From positions 78,616,001-78,680,000 of the forward strand of contig OX597823.1 in assembly GCA_951406725.2 (NCBI GenBank): DNA of 64,000 bases, given 5' to 3'. Below, piece by piece: positions 1 through 11,890 of the stretch (position 1 is its first letter; each line of letters opens with the position of its first letter). Source of the DNA: Octopus vulgaris. Lineage: Eukaryota. The notes under the pieces were generated by a model. The model saw only the letters and a program-made list of their open reading frames with translations. It was not told where the DNA came from and made no database searches. The translations under genes and the position numbers were made by a program.

Positions 1-24
1 CACATGCACACACACATTTGTATA

Positions 25-183
25 TACGACAGGCTTCTTTCAAGTTTCTATCTACCAAATTCACTCACAATTCTTTGGTAGACCTGAGGCTATAGCAGAA
101 GATACTTGCTTAAGATGCCACACAACAGGACTGTACTTAGAACCATGTGGTTGGGAAGAAAACCTCTTGCCACACAGCCTCAC
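25..183 (-). mobile_element. SINE family A (tRNA head plus CORE-like domain), 5' part
   Basis: Reverse complement matches the GGCTGTGTGGTAAG...GGCACCTTGGGCAAGTGTCTTCTACTATAGCC...GAAACTGAAAGAAGCC head seen more than 12 times in the window. Confidence 0.8.
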
Positions 184-289
184 CTGTGCTTATTGCTGAA
201 AGTATTGCTAATAACGATGGTATTCAGAAAGGCATGTGCTGTGAATGCCATTTTGGTTATGTCTGTGTGAAGGTGCATAGCTTGGTGGT

Positions 290-695
290 TCAAAAAGATT
301 GTTCTTTGGCGAGCTGGCTGCAAAAGGGAAAGTGTTCACAAGGCAGCCAAAAGAAGCGCTTTAAGGACACACTGAAAGCCTCACTTAAAGCCTCCAACAT
401 CGACCATGACACTTAGGAGCAGTCTGCTCTAGATAGAGAAGGGTGGCGATCAGCTGTCCACAAAGGTGCCAACACATGCAAGACCAATAGGATCGCTGCT
501 GCAGAAAACCGCAGATAAGCCAGGAAGAACAGAGCTAACAACCCTGTAGCAAGCACTACCATTCCCTGTCCACACTGTCAAAGACTCTTTTGGGTGCAGA
601 TTGGCCTCACTAACCATCTGTGGATTCACAAAACAAGCCTACCCCCACCCCAGGATGACTAGATGGCCTTTGTCGCATCGATGGACAAACTACAT
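290..695 (+). mobile_element. RTE-clade LINE 3' end with C-terminal C2H2-like zinc finger (decayed)
   Basis: Translates to ...GKCSQGSQKKRFKDTLKASLK...REGWRSAV...IPCPHCQRLFWVQIGLTNHLWIH...QDD*, a typical RTE ORF C-terminus, with in-frame stops. Confidence 0.85.
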
Positions 696-699
696 ACTC

Positions 700-972
700 A
701 TGAGTTTTATTTCTGACTGTGGGTCGTGTCCTTGAGCATGACACTTTATTTCACATTGCTGCAGTCCACTCAACTGGCAAAAATAAGTTGTATCTGTATC
801 TTAAAAGAGCCAACCTTGTCACGTTCTGCATCATGCTGAATCTCCCTGTAAACTGCATTAAGGGTACTCATGTCTATGGAGTACTCAGCCACTTGGATGT
901 CATTTTCATGAGCAGGCTGTTCCGTTGATCAGATCAACTGGAAAACTCATCAACGTAATTAACTGAGTGTCA
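700..972 (+). mobile_element. SINE family D (CORE-like domain plus tail), 5'-truncated
   Basis: Aligns with the full copy at 58483-58808 (GTGTCCTTGAGCAAGACACTTTA...GCAGGCTGTTCC). Confidence 0.75.
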
Positions 973-1115
973 GTAATGCCTGTGTTAAATTTATGAGTGG
1001 CATGATGGCTGGTTGCTATAAGTTGAAAGCCTTTATAAAGTCACTTGAACTGTAAGAAATTGCAGCTAAATCTTCCTCAAATATAATTTATCCATCACTA
1101 CCTAGTTGCATCGAT

Positions 1116-1772
1116 TGTAGAGGTGGATGAAGGAGATGACCTTGAAGTCTTTTAGGCACTGTCCCGTGCATCCATATGAACTGAAACAGCTGGTGAATTT
1201 TCCTGGTCAGGGCCATACTGCCTTCTTTGAATACTTCAGCTAGGATGGAGTCCAGACCAGGTGCTTTGCCACTGGACAGTAGGCGGCATGCTTTCTGAAT
1301 TTCCTCCAAAGTTGGTTCAATATCCATTGACTTCTCAATGGGGACTTGAGGTAGCCTATCGATAGCTTCACCAGACAAGTCGCCTTACAAGAATTTGGAC
1401 CTGGAGATCTCCATTTCCAGCAACTTTGAGAGCCGCCTCCCAGTGGTGTCAGGCGTCAACGAAAAGCCCTTGACTACAACAAGATGACCAAAGATTTTTT
1501 TTTCCAAGGTCTGAGGTCTCCTGCCCCTAAGTTCTGGACCATCACCTCATCACCCTTACCCGTCTTGTTGCTTAACAACAACCAGACAAGCCAGGAAGAA
1601 CAGAGCTAACAACCCTGTAGCAGGCACTACCATTCCCTGTCCACATTGTCAAAGACTCTTTCGGGCACAGATTGGCCTCACTAACCATCTGCGGACTCAC
1701 AAAACAAGCCCACCCCCACCCCAGGATGACTAGATGGTCTTCGTCATATTGAAGGACAAACTACACACACAC
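1116..1772. mobile_element. Rearranged (5'-inverted) RTE LINE insertion bounded by a 16-bp TSD
   Basis: TSD ACCTAGTTGCATCGAT at 1100-1115 and 1773-1788. Minus-strand RT-proximal coding piece at 1116-1378 (EPTLEEIQKA...SGKAPGLDSILAEVFK); plus-strand 3' end at about 1583-1772 with zinc finger and (CA)n tail. Confidence 0.85.
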
Positions 1773-1869
1773 ACCTAGTTGCATCGATGGGTCCCGAGGC
1801 CAATTACTTGATATCAATGATGAGGCTTATTGCTGCTCAGCTCTGACTCAGCAATGATCCAGCCATTAT

Positions 1870-2055
1870 CATCAAGATTTCTCAACTGATGCATCCACTC
1901 TCGACCATCACCACTGGGTCTTTGTTTTCGGTCATGCACAGCAAGTTCACTGTGTTAGTTCTTGATGTTGTCAAACCAGGATTTTCTCTGTCTCTCTTTT
2001 GCCCTCTCTCAACTGTGCCCTGAAGAATGGTTTTGGCCAGGCAGTTGTGGCAAGA
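1870..2055 (-). mobile_element. RTE LINE C-terminal fragment (second lineage)
   Basis: CLAKTILQGTVERGQKR motif typical of the RTE ORF end. Confidence 0.6.
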
Positions 2056-2117
2056 ATGATCTTGTACACCTATAATAAAAGACATTCCAGTTATGGCCAT
2101 CCCATCTTTATACAAAT

Positions 2118-2339
2118 AGACCGGGCGTTGTGAGTGTTTATTGAGCGAAAACACCTAAAAGGTCCATGAGGCTCCAGCAGGGGAGGGTGGCCACAGCTTT
2201 CTCTCACTCTTTCTTCTGTTGCCCTGCTCATGTAGCCAGCGGGGTGGCATCATTTGAAGGCTAAAACAAAGGCAAAGCATATTGTGACCAGCGATGTGTA
2301 GCAACATATGATAGCCTGGCCGGTCACTGTGATCATGGT

Positions 2340-2340
<1 letters not shown>
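2118..2340 (+). mobile_element. SINE family B, 5'-truncated
   Basis: Shares GTGTTTATTGAGCGAAAACACCTAAA...CCATGAGGCTC with the tRNA-headed copy at 32255. Confidence 0.65.
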
Positions 2341-2385
<45 letters not shown>

Positions 2386-2512
2386 ACTTCTTTTAGTTTA
2401 CATCTACCAAATCCACTCATAAGGCTTATGGTAGAAAATGCCCAAGTTTTCACAGTGAAACTGAACCTGAAACTTTGTGATTGGAGAGTAAACTTCTTAC
2501 CACACAGCCATG

Positions 2513-2571
<59 letters not shown>

Positions 2572-2984
2572 TAAAGATGTTAGGGTTATGATCTGGAAGT
2601 AGAATTGGTTGCTGATGCAAGAAGTGGTGGTGGAGGTGGTGGCGGCGGCAGTGGTGGTGGTGATGGTCATCGTCGTGATGAAGGTGAAGGTGGTGGTGGT
2701 GGAAGAGGGCATAAATTCATTATTATTAATCTTTTTTTTATACATTTTAATTACATCCCACCCTATCTTCTTTCAGCTCCACCAAAGTCCTACTCTCCAT
2801 CACCACAACTTATAAATCATGCCGTTTTAATAGGATCTTTTATATCATATAATATGAAAATAGATCTGTGAGCAGTTTCTTGCCAACTTACATCATCATA
2901 ATCAACATTCTCATCCTCATCATCATCATCAGTTTTGCCATAACTTTTTCTCTCATTTTTCTTTCAGCCATTTTACTTCACCTT

Positions 2985-2986
2985 CT

Positions 2987-3033
<47 letters not shown>

Positions 3034-3584
3034 TCTTTCCACTTTTCTCTCTTACTCTCTCTCTCCCTTTCTCTTCATCTCTTCACTCAAGCCCTTTACT
3101 TTTTGTCTCTCTCTCTCTCTCTCTCTCTCGCTTTCTTTCCCTTTTTCTCTCTTACTCTCTCTCCCTTTCTCTTCATCTCTTCTCTCAAGCCTTTTGCACT
3201 TTGTCTCTCTTTCTCTTGCTTTCTTTTCTTTTTTGTCTCTTACTCTCTCTCTCTCTCTCTCTCTCCCTTTCTCTTCATCCCTTCTCTCTACCCCTTTTCT
3301 CTCTCTCTGTCTGTACGTCTCTCTCACTCTCTCTACTTATTTACTTCTCCCTTCCTCTCTGTCATGCTCTCTCTGTCTCTCTAAACCACATGCCTTTATA
3401 TCTACACCTCTCCTTATCTCTAATTATTTCTTTCTCTATCTCTCCCCTCTCCCTCTCTCTCTCCTTCTCCATCTTTCTTCCTCTCTCACTGTATTACCCT
3501 CTCAGTCCCTACACTTCCCTACCCCCAATCCTTGCACTACCTCTAACATTCTCACCCTATCTTACCTTTGGTCTTTCTCACTCT

Positions 3585-3619
<35 letters not shown>

Positions 3620-4258
3620 GCTCTGTCTGTCTCTCTCTTTCTCCCTTTCCTCTTCACATTAAGAAAGTCATGCCATAAAGTCCATACACATACACACAAT
3701 AATCTCTCCCCTTCTCTCTTCCTCCCTCTGTCTCCCTTCTTCCCTCTATCTCTCTTCCTCTCTCTGTCTCGCTTCTTCCATCTCTCTTCCTCTCTCTGTC
3801 TCTCTTCTTCCTCACTGTCTCTCTTCTTCCCTCTGTCTCTCTTTCTCTCTCCTTCCCTCCATCTTTCTTCCTCTCTGTCTCTCTTCTTCCCTCCATCTCT
3901 CTTCCTCTCTGTCTCTCTTCTTCCCTCCATCTCTCTTCTTCTCTTTGTCTCTCTTCTTCCCTCTGTTTCTCTTTCTCTCTCCTCCCCTCTATCTCTCTTC
4001 TTCTCTCTATCTCTCTTCCTCTCTCCATCTCCCTCTCTTTCTCTCACTCCATACCTCACTCTCTCTATTACTACATTTTTCTCTACCTTCTCACTCTGCT
4101 TCTAACTTTTTCACCCTATCTTCTTCCCCCCTGTCACTCTCTTTCTCTCCCTCCCTCTGTTACCTCTCTCTCTCTTACTTTCCCTCTCTCTATACCTCTC
4201 TCTCTCTCTTACTTTTTTCCTCTCTCCCACCTCTCTCTCAGTCTCCCTTTCTTCTCCA
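2985..4258 (+). repeat. Long CT-rich polypyrimidine low-complexity tract
   Basis: About 1.27 kb of degenerate (CT)n/(CTT)n. Confidence 0.95.
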
Positions 4259-4729
4259 CATTGAAAGCTCACATGTAAAGTCTGTAAACACATGTGTACA
4301 ATAATCAAATTCCAGTTTGTCACTTTCAAATATGGCCTGCTTCTTATAATCTTTATCACATTTATTAACGCTAAATATAACTGTACAATACTCCATACAG
4401 CTTATAAATTTAATCAATTCTCTACAAGAATATATTTTTAACCTTGTTCTTAAAAACAAAAAGAACCAAATTGGGGTTACAACCCCAAGAAAGAACATGC
4501 CAACAAAGAACCTTCTAGAGAGTTAATTGACTCGTTAGAAATAGCAACTAAATATTCCTTGAATTATACTTACTGTGATTGTATGGTTTAGAAGTTTGCT
4601 TTGAAGTCATGTGGTTTTAGGTTTGGTTCATTTTCACTGGGTAGAATCTTTTCGGTAGCATTAAGTTTTGGAATGTCCCCAGAATGGTTTCAGAGACAGA
4701 GATGAAAGGTTTAACTCCAGGTCATTCCT

Positions 4730-4958
4730 TTATCTCTTTATTGCCCTCAGGGGGCTAAATATAGAGGGAACAAATAAGGACAGACAAAGGGATTAAGTCG
4801 ATTACATCGACCCCAGTATGTAACTGGTACTTAATTTATCAACCCCGAAAGGATGAAAGGCAAAGTCTTCCTCAGTGGAATTTGAACTCAGAACATAATG
4901 GCAGACGAAATACTGCTAAGCATTTCACCCGGTGTGCTAACATTTCTGCCAGATCACC
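4730..4958 (-). mobile_element. SINE family E (tRNA head plus Meta-like central domain)
   Basis: Reverse complement of the copy at 30571-30801. Confidence 0.85.
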
Positions 4959-5289
4959 TGATTAGGCAAACCTATGATCAAATATATCCTAATCATGATC
5001 ATCCAGCTTTTACCACTAACACAGTCTATGTTGTAGCACATCGACTAATTACTCACCATATTTGTATGATATTGTTCAATCTCCATGCTGTATGGCTTGA
5101 AGAATATTCGGTTACTATCTTTAGTAGATTGAGTAACCACATTTTAACTCCCTTGTTGAAACCATAGGCGACACACACACACACACACACACCTATTCAA
5201 TTATCTCAATCAATATATATATATTTAAGTTTCCACCAATTGCTAGCCTCAGTGGCACTTACAAACCATTCATTTATGTATAGTTTCAT

Positions 5290-5610
5290 ATTACCTGCCA
5301 CACTACAGAACATGAACTCCTGTCAAATTCATGGTTCAATGAATACAATATAAAGTTAATTGTTCTCCAACAAGCACTCCAGCAGCTGTCTCATAGAAAT
5401 CTGTAGTTTCATGCTCTGATACGGATCCAAATCCAAATTGCATTCTAACCATTATAATTTTCTCCTGAGCTTGCTTTGCTATGATTCTATCTCTATATTG
5501 GTTCCTTGTTTCCAGTCTCTAGTGCATCACCTTTGCAGTTACAGCTGCTGATAAAATTGCAAATACACCAGTTGTACAAGATAATATCTCCAGCTTTAAA
5601 AATAATAACC
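5290..5610 (-). mobile_element. Highly decayed RTE reverse-transcriptase fragment
   Basis: Minus strand gives KGDALETGN, MQFGF, RQLLE and FDR..SVVW motifs across frameshifts. Confidence 0.6.
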
Positions 5611-5908
5611 AGGAAGGTGTTAGATAATCTGTCAAATACTTCACAGATTACACCTTATCACAGGTACTGTTCTATAGACCTAGCACAGGCATTTAAGGTT
5701 CAGTCATCACAGCAGCCACAACAACAGCATTTTCACTATCTTCACATCCACTTTTCCATGTAAGCAAGGATCGGTTGGAATTTATTGAGGCAGGTTTTCT
5801 ACTGATAGCACTCATCTGTTTCCAGGTAAGGTATTTTTTATCTCTGTGACCTCCTAACGAGTTTTTTTTATGGAAGATCGGAAATGATAGTGATACATCA
5901 TTATTACA

Positions 5909-5954
5909 CAATGTTAAGGTAAGGTGACATTACTGACACCTTACCTTAACATTG
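5909..5954. repeat. Perfect 18-bp inverted repeat hairpin
   Basis: CAATGTTAAGGTAAGGTG-N10-CACCTTACCTTAACATTG. Confidence 0.9.
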
Positions 5955-6176
5955 GCAAAGTAAAATGGTTGGAAAGCAAACTTCTTACCACACAGACATG
6001 CCTGTACCTACAAAACATCAAGATTATTTCTACAATGATACAGTGCAGTTTAGCAGAATAAGCAGTGTGAGTATTCTATAATTCACCAGAGAATGTGTGC
6101 TTTATTACCTAGCAACAATGTGAAACAGATCTAATTCTGGTGGAATACCAAAGAAGAAGACTATAAGTTGTCATTG

Positions 6177-6746
6177 TAGTGGTTTGTCCGGAAAGTTTGT
6201 GCCGATTCATAGTAGCTTACCTTTCGACTTATTTTAAAATATGGTTGAGTCCATAAAATAGAATTTGACTACAACTCCATTTAGAGCACAGTTTAAGCTA
6301 TCTTTTCATGGATGAAGATTTATATTCCTATAACCTGTGTTAATTCTGTAACCCTTTAAAATGGAAGATAAGAAAGTTCCTTTTTGGCACTTGATGCTTT
6401 GGGAACCAGACAAAAATTGCTGCAGCTCAGCTAGGATGTGTTACCCCACCTTCAATATTCACCAGATATTGCTCCTTCGGATTTCCACTTTCTCAGGTCT
6501 CTGCAGAATAATCTTAATGGTAAAAATTTCAATTCCTTGGATGACGTAAAATGATACCTTCATGAATTCTTTGCCATGAAACCAGCTCAATTCCGGGAAG
6601 AGGGTATTTTCAAGTTAAAGGAAAGATGGAAACACATTGTGCAATAAAAGGGTTCATATTTGCTTGATTAAAAATGTAATGGCAAGTATTTATTGACCTT
6701 TTTCTTTCCTTTAAAAATCGGCACAAACTTTTTGGACAACCCAATA
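6177..6746 (+). mobile_element. Internally deleted mariner element
   Basis: TIRs TTGTCCGGAAAGTTTGTGCCGATT / AATCGGCACAAACTTTTTGGACAACCCAATA; transposase N-terminus (MEDKKV) joined to the C-terminal YSPDIAPSDFHFLRSLQN motif. Confidence 0.85.
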
Positions 6747-7539
6747 GGTACTAAATTTTGTTTGAATTACACTCAAACAGATTAAAAATAGATATATCGG
6801 ATTATGTAATCAGTTATACACAATTCCTGAAAAAAGATGGAATGGCCGTGGTTGGATACACTTTGATTATAGGTCTAGTTCATCACAGCTGACCTATGAC
6901 TAAACAACAGCAACATGATTTAGTCACACTCTATAAAAATAAAGACTTTACCATATTCTGATGCTTCACTATGTAATGGGAATAATTTTAAGTGAGTGTC
7001 ATAATGATACTTGAAGCAATTGTTAAATTTCTATATCTCAGCAGCTTTTATGAAAATCCTATAACAATTATTTTCTCGTTATTTCTCTATGAGAACTATA
7101 GTTATGATAATAAATTCCTAACCTTATATCTACATCCATTATTTTATGTTACCATAGTTGACAGCATAAAAGAAACACTTTTTTATTTTCAAACAGAAGG
7201 AATGTCTCAGAAAAGTCATCCTAGGTTCTCTATGCAAAGTTGCTTTTAAAATCAGTTTCAAATCTTGACACAAGGCCAGTAATTTCAAGGAGGGACTAAA
7301 TCAGCTACATCTGCTGGTACTTATTTTATTGACTCCAGAAGGAGCTAAGGTTGCTTTTGATATTACATACTATAATAAGGTGGTGTCCCAGCAGAATCCG
7401 TATCAGGACAATTAAACACCCTTGGTTAATTACTTCCTCTCCAATATAGTAAGAAATTTTAAATCATATTGTCCTCAGGGCTAATTGTCATTGCGAGGGT
7501 TATTTTCCATGGGGTGGGGGGTAAACGTCCTAGACTCAA

Positions 7540-7950
7540 CAGAATGATCAGCATGATGGGCTAAATGCTTTGAGGCATTAGGGTTAGGCTCTGAGTTCAA
7601 ATTCCAACAAGGCTGATTTAGCCTTTCATCCTCTCAGGGTTGATAAAGTACCATCTAAATACTGGGGTCGATGTAATTGACTTACTCCCTTCCCCCCAAA
7701 CTTGCTGGCCTTGTGCCAAAATTTGAAATCAGTTTTACATACTTTAATAAGGTGGTGAGCTGGCAGAATCATTAGCATGCCAGGCGTTTTGTCTATCATT
7801 ACATTCTGAGTTCAAATTCCACCAAGGCTGCCTTTACCTTTTATCCTCTCAGAGTTGATAAAATAAGTACCAGCTGAACATTCCGCCCAATGTAATCGAC
7901 TTACCCACCACAACTGAAATTGCTGGCCTTGTGTCAAAATTTAAAACTAA
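7540..7950 (+). mobile_element. Two tandem decayed SINE family E-related copies
   Basis: CTGAGTTCAAATTCC...GCCTTTCATCCTCTCAGGGTTGATAAA..GTACCA motif occurs twice. Confidence 0.7.
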
Positions 7951-8082
7951 TATTTCATGCTTTAATGCACTAAAAACTTATTTTCCTGAATAGGTACTGC
8001 TGAAATTGTGGTTCACCTTATGTGACCGTACATCTTTTATACTAATAATTATGGTAAGTTTTTAATTTATTCCATGGTTTAA

Positions 8083-8808
8083 CCATTTTCTTAGCATATT
8101 TCTTTTGACATATACTAACTTTGTTTCAATTGAATTTTAACCCCTTGACACTGGTATTACTCAAAGCATGGGAGACTCTGCTCCTTTTTTTTAATCTAAT
8201 AAGGCCACACAAGCACACAAGTGCCAACGAGCTCACGTCTATTTACGTTCACCATTACAATAACATAGTGTCATACATTTACGTCTACTGGTTTATGAAA
8301 ACGAACTATTTGAAGCTATTTATCATAATATGATATGCACAAGTTATTCTGCTCAAATTCAGAAAATAGCTTGCATCTGGTACAGCTCAAAACACGGTAT
8401 TATGCATGTAAAGTATCCACATGTCATTGGTCTACTGTTAGTCTCATGACTTGAACGTAGCCTACAATAGCTAAGATAATGCACGGGAGGGCGAGCGCGT
8501 GCACCTCAAGAGATAAAGTACACGATAGCGACCATAAACATACATCAGCTGCTAAAAGGTCCGTGATAGATGTAGGGCAGCTCTACATCGTATATTTACA
8601 TTAACTGCAGGAAGGCAAGCAAAAGTGTGATTGCATATTTGCCTCAACCATTGTCAAGGGGTTAAAATAATACAGAATTTAGTAAAATAACTTTCTCGTT
8701 ATTTATCTGGTGTCTGGAACAAATTAACATATTTTGAGAGAATATTATAATTTAGATCACTTTAAACCAGTAAGTTACTGGTCAAAGGTAGATTGGTATC
8801 AAAATGGT
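8083..8808. mobile_element. Older TTAA-type MITE (host of the 8141-8661 insertion)
   Basis: After removing the inner element the flanks align to the reverse complement of the MITE at 34433-34655; degenerate CCATTTT...AAAATGG ends. Confidence 0.55.
8141..8661. mobile_element. piggyBac-like non-autonomous element (MITE)
   Basis: TTAA at 8137-8140 and 8662-8665; 15-bp TIR CCCCTTGACACTGGT / ACCATTGTCAAGGGG (14/15 match). Confidence 0.85.
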
Positions 8809-9683
8809 CAAGCAGAGAAAGAATAATAGTCAACAAGACATTTATCAAAAATTCCAAGACAAGGAAGTTATTCTATTCTCAGACAAAATTCTGGCTAGAG
8901 TACTTGCAACACTGTATTTTTAAAAATTAGTTTTGAATGGCCTTATCAAATAATGAAGAGTAGTACTTACAATGATTTATTGGAACCTCTTACAGTGATG
9001 AGCAGAAAAAATGTAGATCTAGTTATCCTCGGGGATCTGGTCCAAATAAGCGACCTTTATTAAAGAGACACAAAGATTAGGATGTGAAATTTTAGCTGAG
9101 TGATGCATCAACTCAGTGGTTTTCAATGATTTTTGACTTCATGACACATTGGAGATCAAATATAAAATTTACTGGTGAACACTCCTTTTTTAAACCATAG
9201 ATTTCAAGAAACATTGGTGAAATAAACATCAGAAATGCTTTGCTCCATGCATGCCCACAATTCAGTGAGAATTACATTGGAGTAATAGGAAAAAAAGTAA
9301 CCAACTGTGTGAATGCAGACAAACTGCAAATTAAAGGTTCATTTTTTTAGAAATTTTCCATGTAGAAAACAACTAGATATTTGTGCAAATGGAAAATTCA
9401 AAATATTCGCAGTTTTACAAAATAAAAAATGTAAATGATTGACTACAAAAGACAAAGGAATAATACTTTATAAGAATTCTAAATCTGAAAGTAAACCAGA
9501 ACTAGTCAACACCATTACTACTAAAAACAACTTTCTTTAGATGCATTAATGCAAAACATATGTGTTTGGAAAGTTGAACTTTGAAAGTGTTCATACACAA
9601 AACACACGCTATACAAAAACATCTTTCCCCAAAGGTTTGTGACATTCTGTTTTTGAAGTAACTTTTAAAGATATTTAATAAAT

Positions 9684-10113
9684 TGGCTGTGGGTATGTGG
9701 TAAGTAGCTTGCTTACCAACCACATGGTGGCTGTGTGGTAAGTAGCTTGCTTACCGACCACATGGTTCCTGGTTCAGTCCCACATGGCATCTTTGGCAAG
9801 TGTCTTGTACTATAGCCTCAGGCCAACCAAAGCTTTGTGAGTGAATTTGATAGACAGAAACTGAAAGAAGCTCGTCATATATATATATATGTGTGTGTGC
9901 ATGTGTATGTTTGTGTGTGTGTTTGTCCCCCTAACATCACTTGACAACTGATGCTGGTGTGTTTACATCCCCGTAACTTAGTACTTCAGCAAAAGAGACT
10001 GATAGAGTAAGTACTAGGCTTACAAAGAATAAGTCCTGGGGTCGATTTGCTCGACTAAATGCGGTGCTCCAGCATGTCCACAGTCAAATGACTGAAACAA
10101 GTAAAAGAGTAAA
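9684..10113 (+). mobile_element. Full-length SINE family A with tandemly duplicated 5' head
   Basis: Head, CORE-like domain, internal (TA)/(TG) tract and 3' tail CAGTCAAATGACTGAAACAAGTAAAAGAG; first ~35 nt duplicated. Confidence 0.9.
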
Positions 10114-10543
10114 TATTGTGACTGTACCAGTAATTTTTGAAAAAAACATTTAAACACATAAACACACACACACTCACTCATACATGAGTGTGTTTATATG
10201 TGTATGTGCATGTTTGTGTGAGTGAGTTTGTCTTTCCTTCCGCTCATATATTTGCTGGTTTGTAAACAATAACCATGCTGATGATATCATTTCTTCAAAG
10301 CCCACCATGAAATCATGTGAAGGCAGTTTGCTGTCTGATGGACTGAGAGACAATTACTTCACTTGGAAATACGGAGATGAGGTAAGAAACCTCTTCCTTA
10401 ATGTAGTCTCATCGGATTCATATAGGCATTGGAAAAGTACACATTAAAATGATAAAGATGATGACAACGAGGGCAACAACGATGATGTTGATTGTGATAA
10501 TGAGGACGTGTATGTCTTATTTTTTTGTTTGCAGTATTTTGTA

Positions 10544-10705
10544 TTGAATTCTTATTTACTTCAGATGCTTGACACCTCTCATGTTCAATGTCTTTTCCAT
10601 GATGTGAAACCTGGAAGCAGTGTCAAAGAAAGACCTCAAGGAATTAACAGACATTACCACCATGACTAACAGAACAATCATTTCTAACTACCAAATCTTT
10701 TTAAA
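10544..10705 (+). other. Duplicated segment copy 1 (possible terminal exon)
   Basis: Clearly similar to 12692-12853; begins with pyrimidine tract plus AG then ATGCTTGA. Confidence 0.45.
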
Positions 10706-10709
10706 CAAA

Positions 10710-10747
<38 letters not shown>

Positions 10748-10804
10748 TAACTCATGATCTCCCAATCGTGAGTGCAACATCTTGACTGCTAAGTCATATG
10801 CCTT

Positions 10805-10835
<31 letters not shown>

Positions 10836-10967
10836 ACACATACATATATACATACATTCTTTTTGCTTGTTTTGTTTCTTGAAGTACATATAAAGTTGTA
10901 AATAATAGCAGTCAACATTACACACATATACATATGCATATATATGTGTGTGTTTATATATATATAT

Positions 10968-11297
10968 AGCTCTGTCTGGCCCCGTGTCGGTGGCACGTAA
11001 AAGCACCATCCGTTCGTGTCCGTTGCCAGCATCGCCTGGCCCCGTGCCAGTGACACGTAAAAGCACCATCCGTTTGTGGCCGTTCGCCAGCTCTGTCTGG
11101 CACCTGTGCAGGTGGCACGTAAAAAACACCCACTACACTCGCGGAGTGGTTGGCGTTAGGAAGGGCATCCAGCCGTAGAAACACTGCCAGATCTGACTGG
11201 GCCTGACGAAGCCTTCCAGCTTCACAGACCCCAGTTGACCCGTCCAACCCATGCTAGCATGGAAAGCGGATGCTAAACGATGATGATGATGATGATG
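10968..11297 (+). mobile_element. RTE LINE 3' UTR copy with ~60-bp internal repeats and (GAT)n tail
   Basis: Matches the 3' UTR that is contiguous with RTE coding sequence at 46708-47690. Confidence 0.8.
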
Positions 11298-11299
11298 AA

Positions 11300-11556
11300 A
11301 GTTAATCCAAACAAGAAAGCACAAGAAAAAACCCAAACAACGCGAGGACGTAGAACAAATATAGTATTATTGGACGCTCAGGAAAGAAGGAGGGTTTAAC
11401 GTTTCGAGCGGAGCTCTTCGTCGGAAACATAGGAGAAGGAAAGATCCAGAGAAGGGAAGACAGAGGGAAAAAAATCGCCAACGGTACACACGCGGTCACA
11501 CACACACACACGCGGTCACACACACACACACGCGGTCACACACACACACACGCGGT

Positions 11557-11570
<14 letters not shown>
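11300..11570 (-). mobile_element. Penelope-type terminal-repeat remnant with minimal hammerhead
   Basis: Minus strand 11428-11394 reads gttt-CCGACGA-a-gagc-tcc-gctc-GAAAC-GTT-aaac; related copy near 41965-42125; four 20-bp CACACGCGGTCA repeats at one end. Confidence 0.6.
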
Positions 11571-11589
<19 letters not shown>

Positions 11590-11605
11590 GTGCTTTTTTA
11601 AAGCC

Positions 11606-11890
11606 AAAAATAACTACACAAAATGTTACTCAGAATCATGTAACCATCCTTCAGATAGTTGTGATAATCAGGACACATTCATGAACAGGTATCCATAAAC
11701 ACTTATAAACATTCATAATTTATCAATTATTGTATTAGACTGAATTACGACAGCTGTCTAATGAATGTTACATGAAACTCAGAGTTACAGTTTGTGAAGT
11801 TGTTTTTGTTTTCAATAAAATAGTTTTTTACTCTACCTTTCGTATTTGAGCACTACTCATTCCTCCTTGTTTTACATTTATGTGCTGACT
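11606..11890. mobile_element. Inverted PLE-type repeat pair with decayed hammerhead
   Basis: 11606-11662 is an inverted copy of 11752-11810; ctgt-CTAATGA-atg-tta-cat-GAAAC-tcaga-GTT-acag at 11754-11790. Confidence 0.55.

Noticed and set aside
560-660. C2H2 zinc-finger host gene
   Set aside because: The finger is the C-terminus of an RTE ORF with upstream stops
2868-4304. Long Leu/Ser- or Arg/Glu-rich ORFs (up to 303 aa)
   Set aside because: Translations of the (CT)n tract, open only because the repeat lacks stop codons
8985-9080. Possible terminal exon after CTCTTACAG (DEQKKCRSSYPRGSG...)
   Set aside because: No partner exon or recognisable homology, and it weakly resembles an old repeat tail at 6865-6910
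10300-10390. Possible exon ending at GAG/GTAAGA
   Set aside because: Lies in a decayed RTE 3' UTR-like repeat
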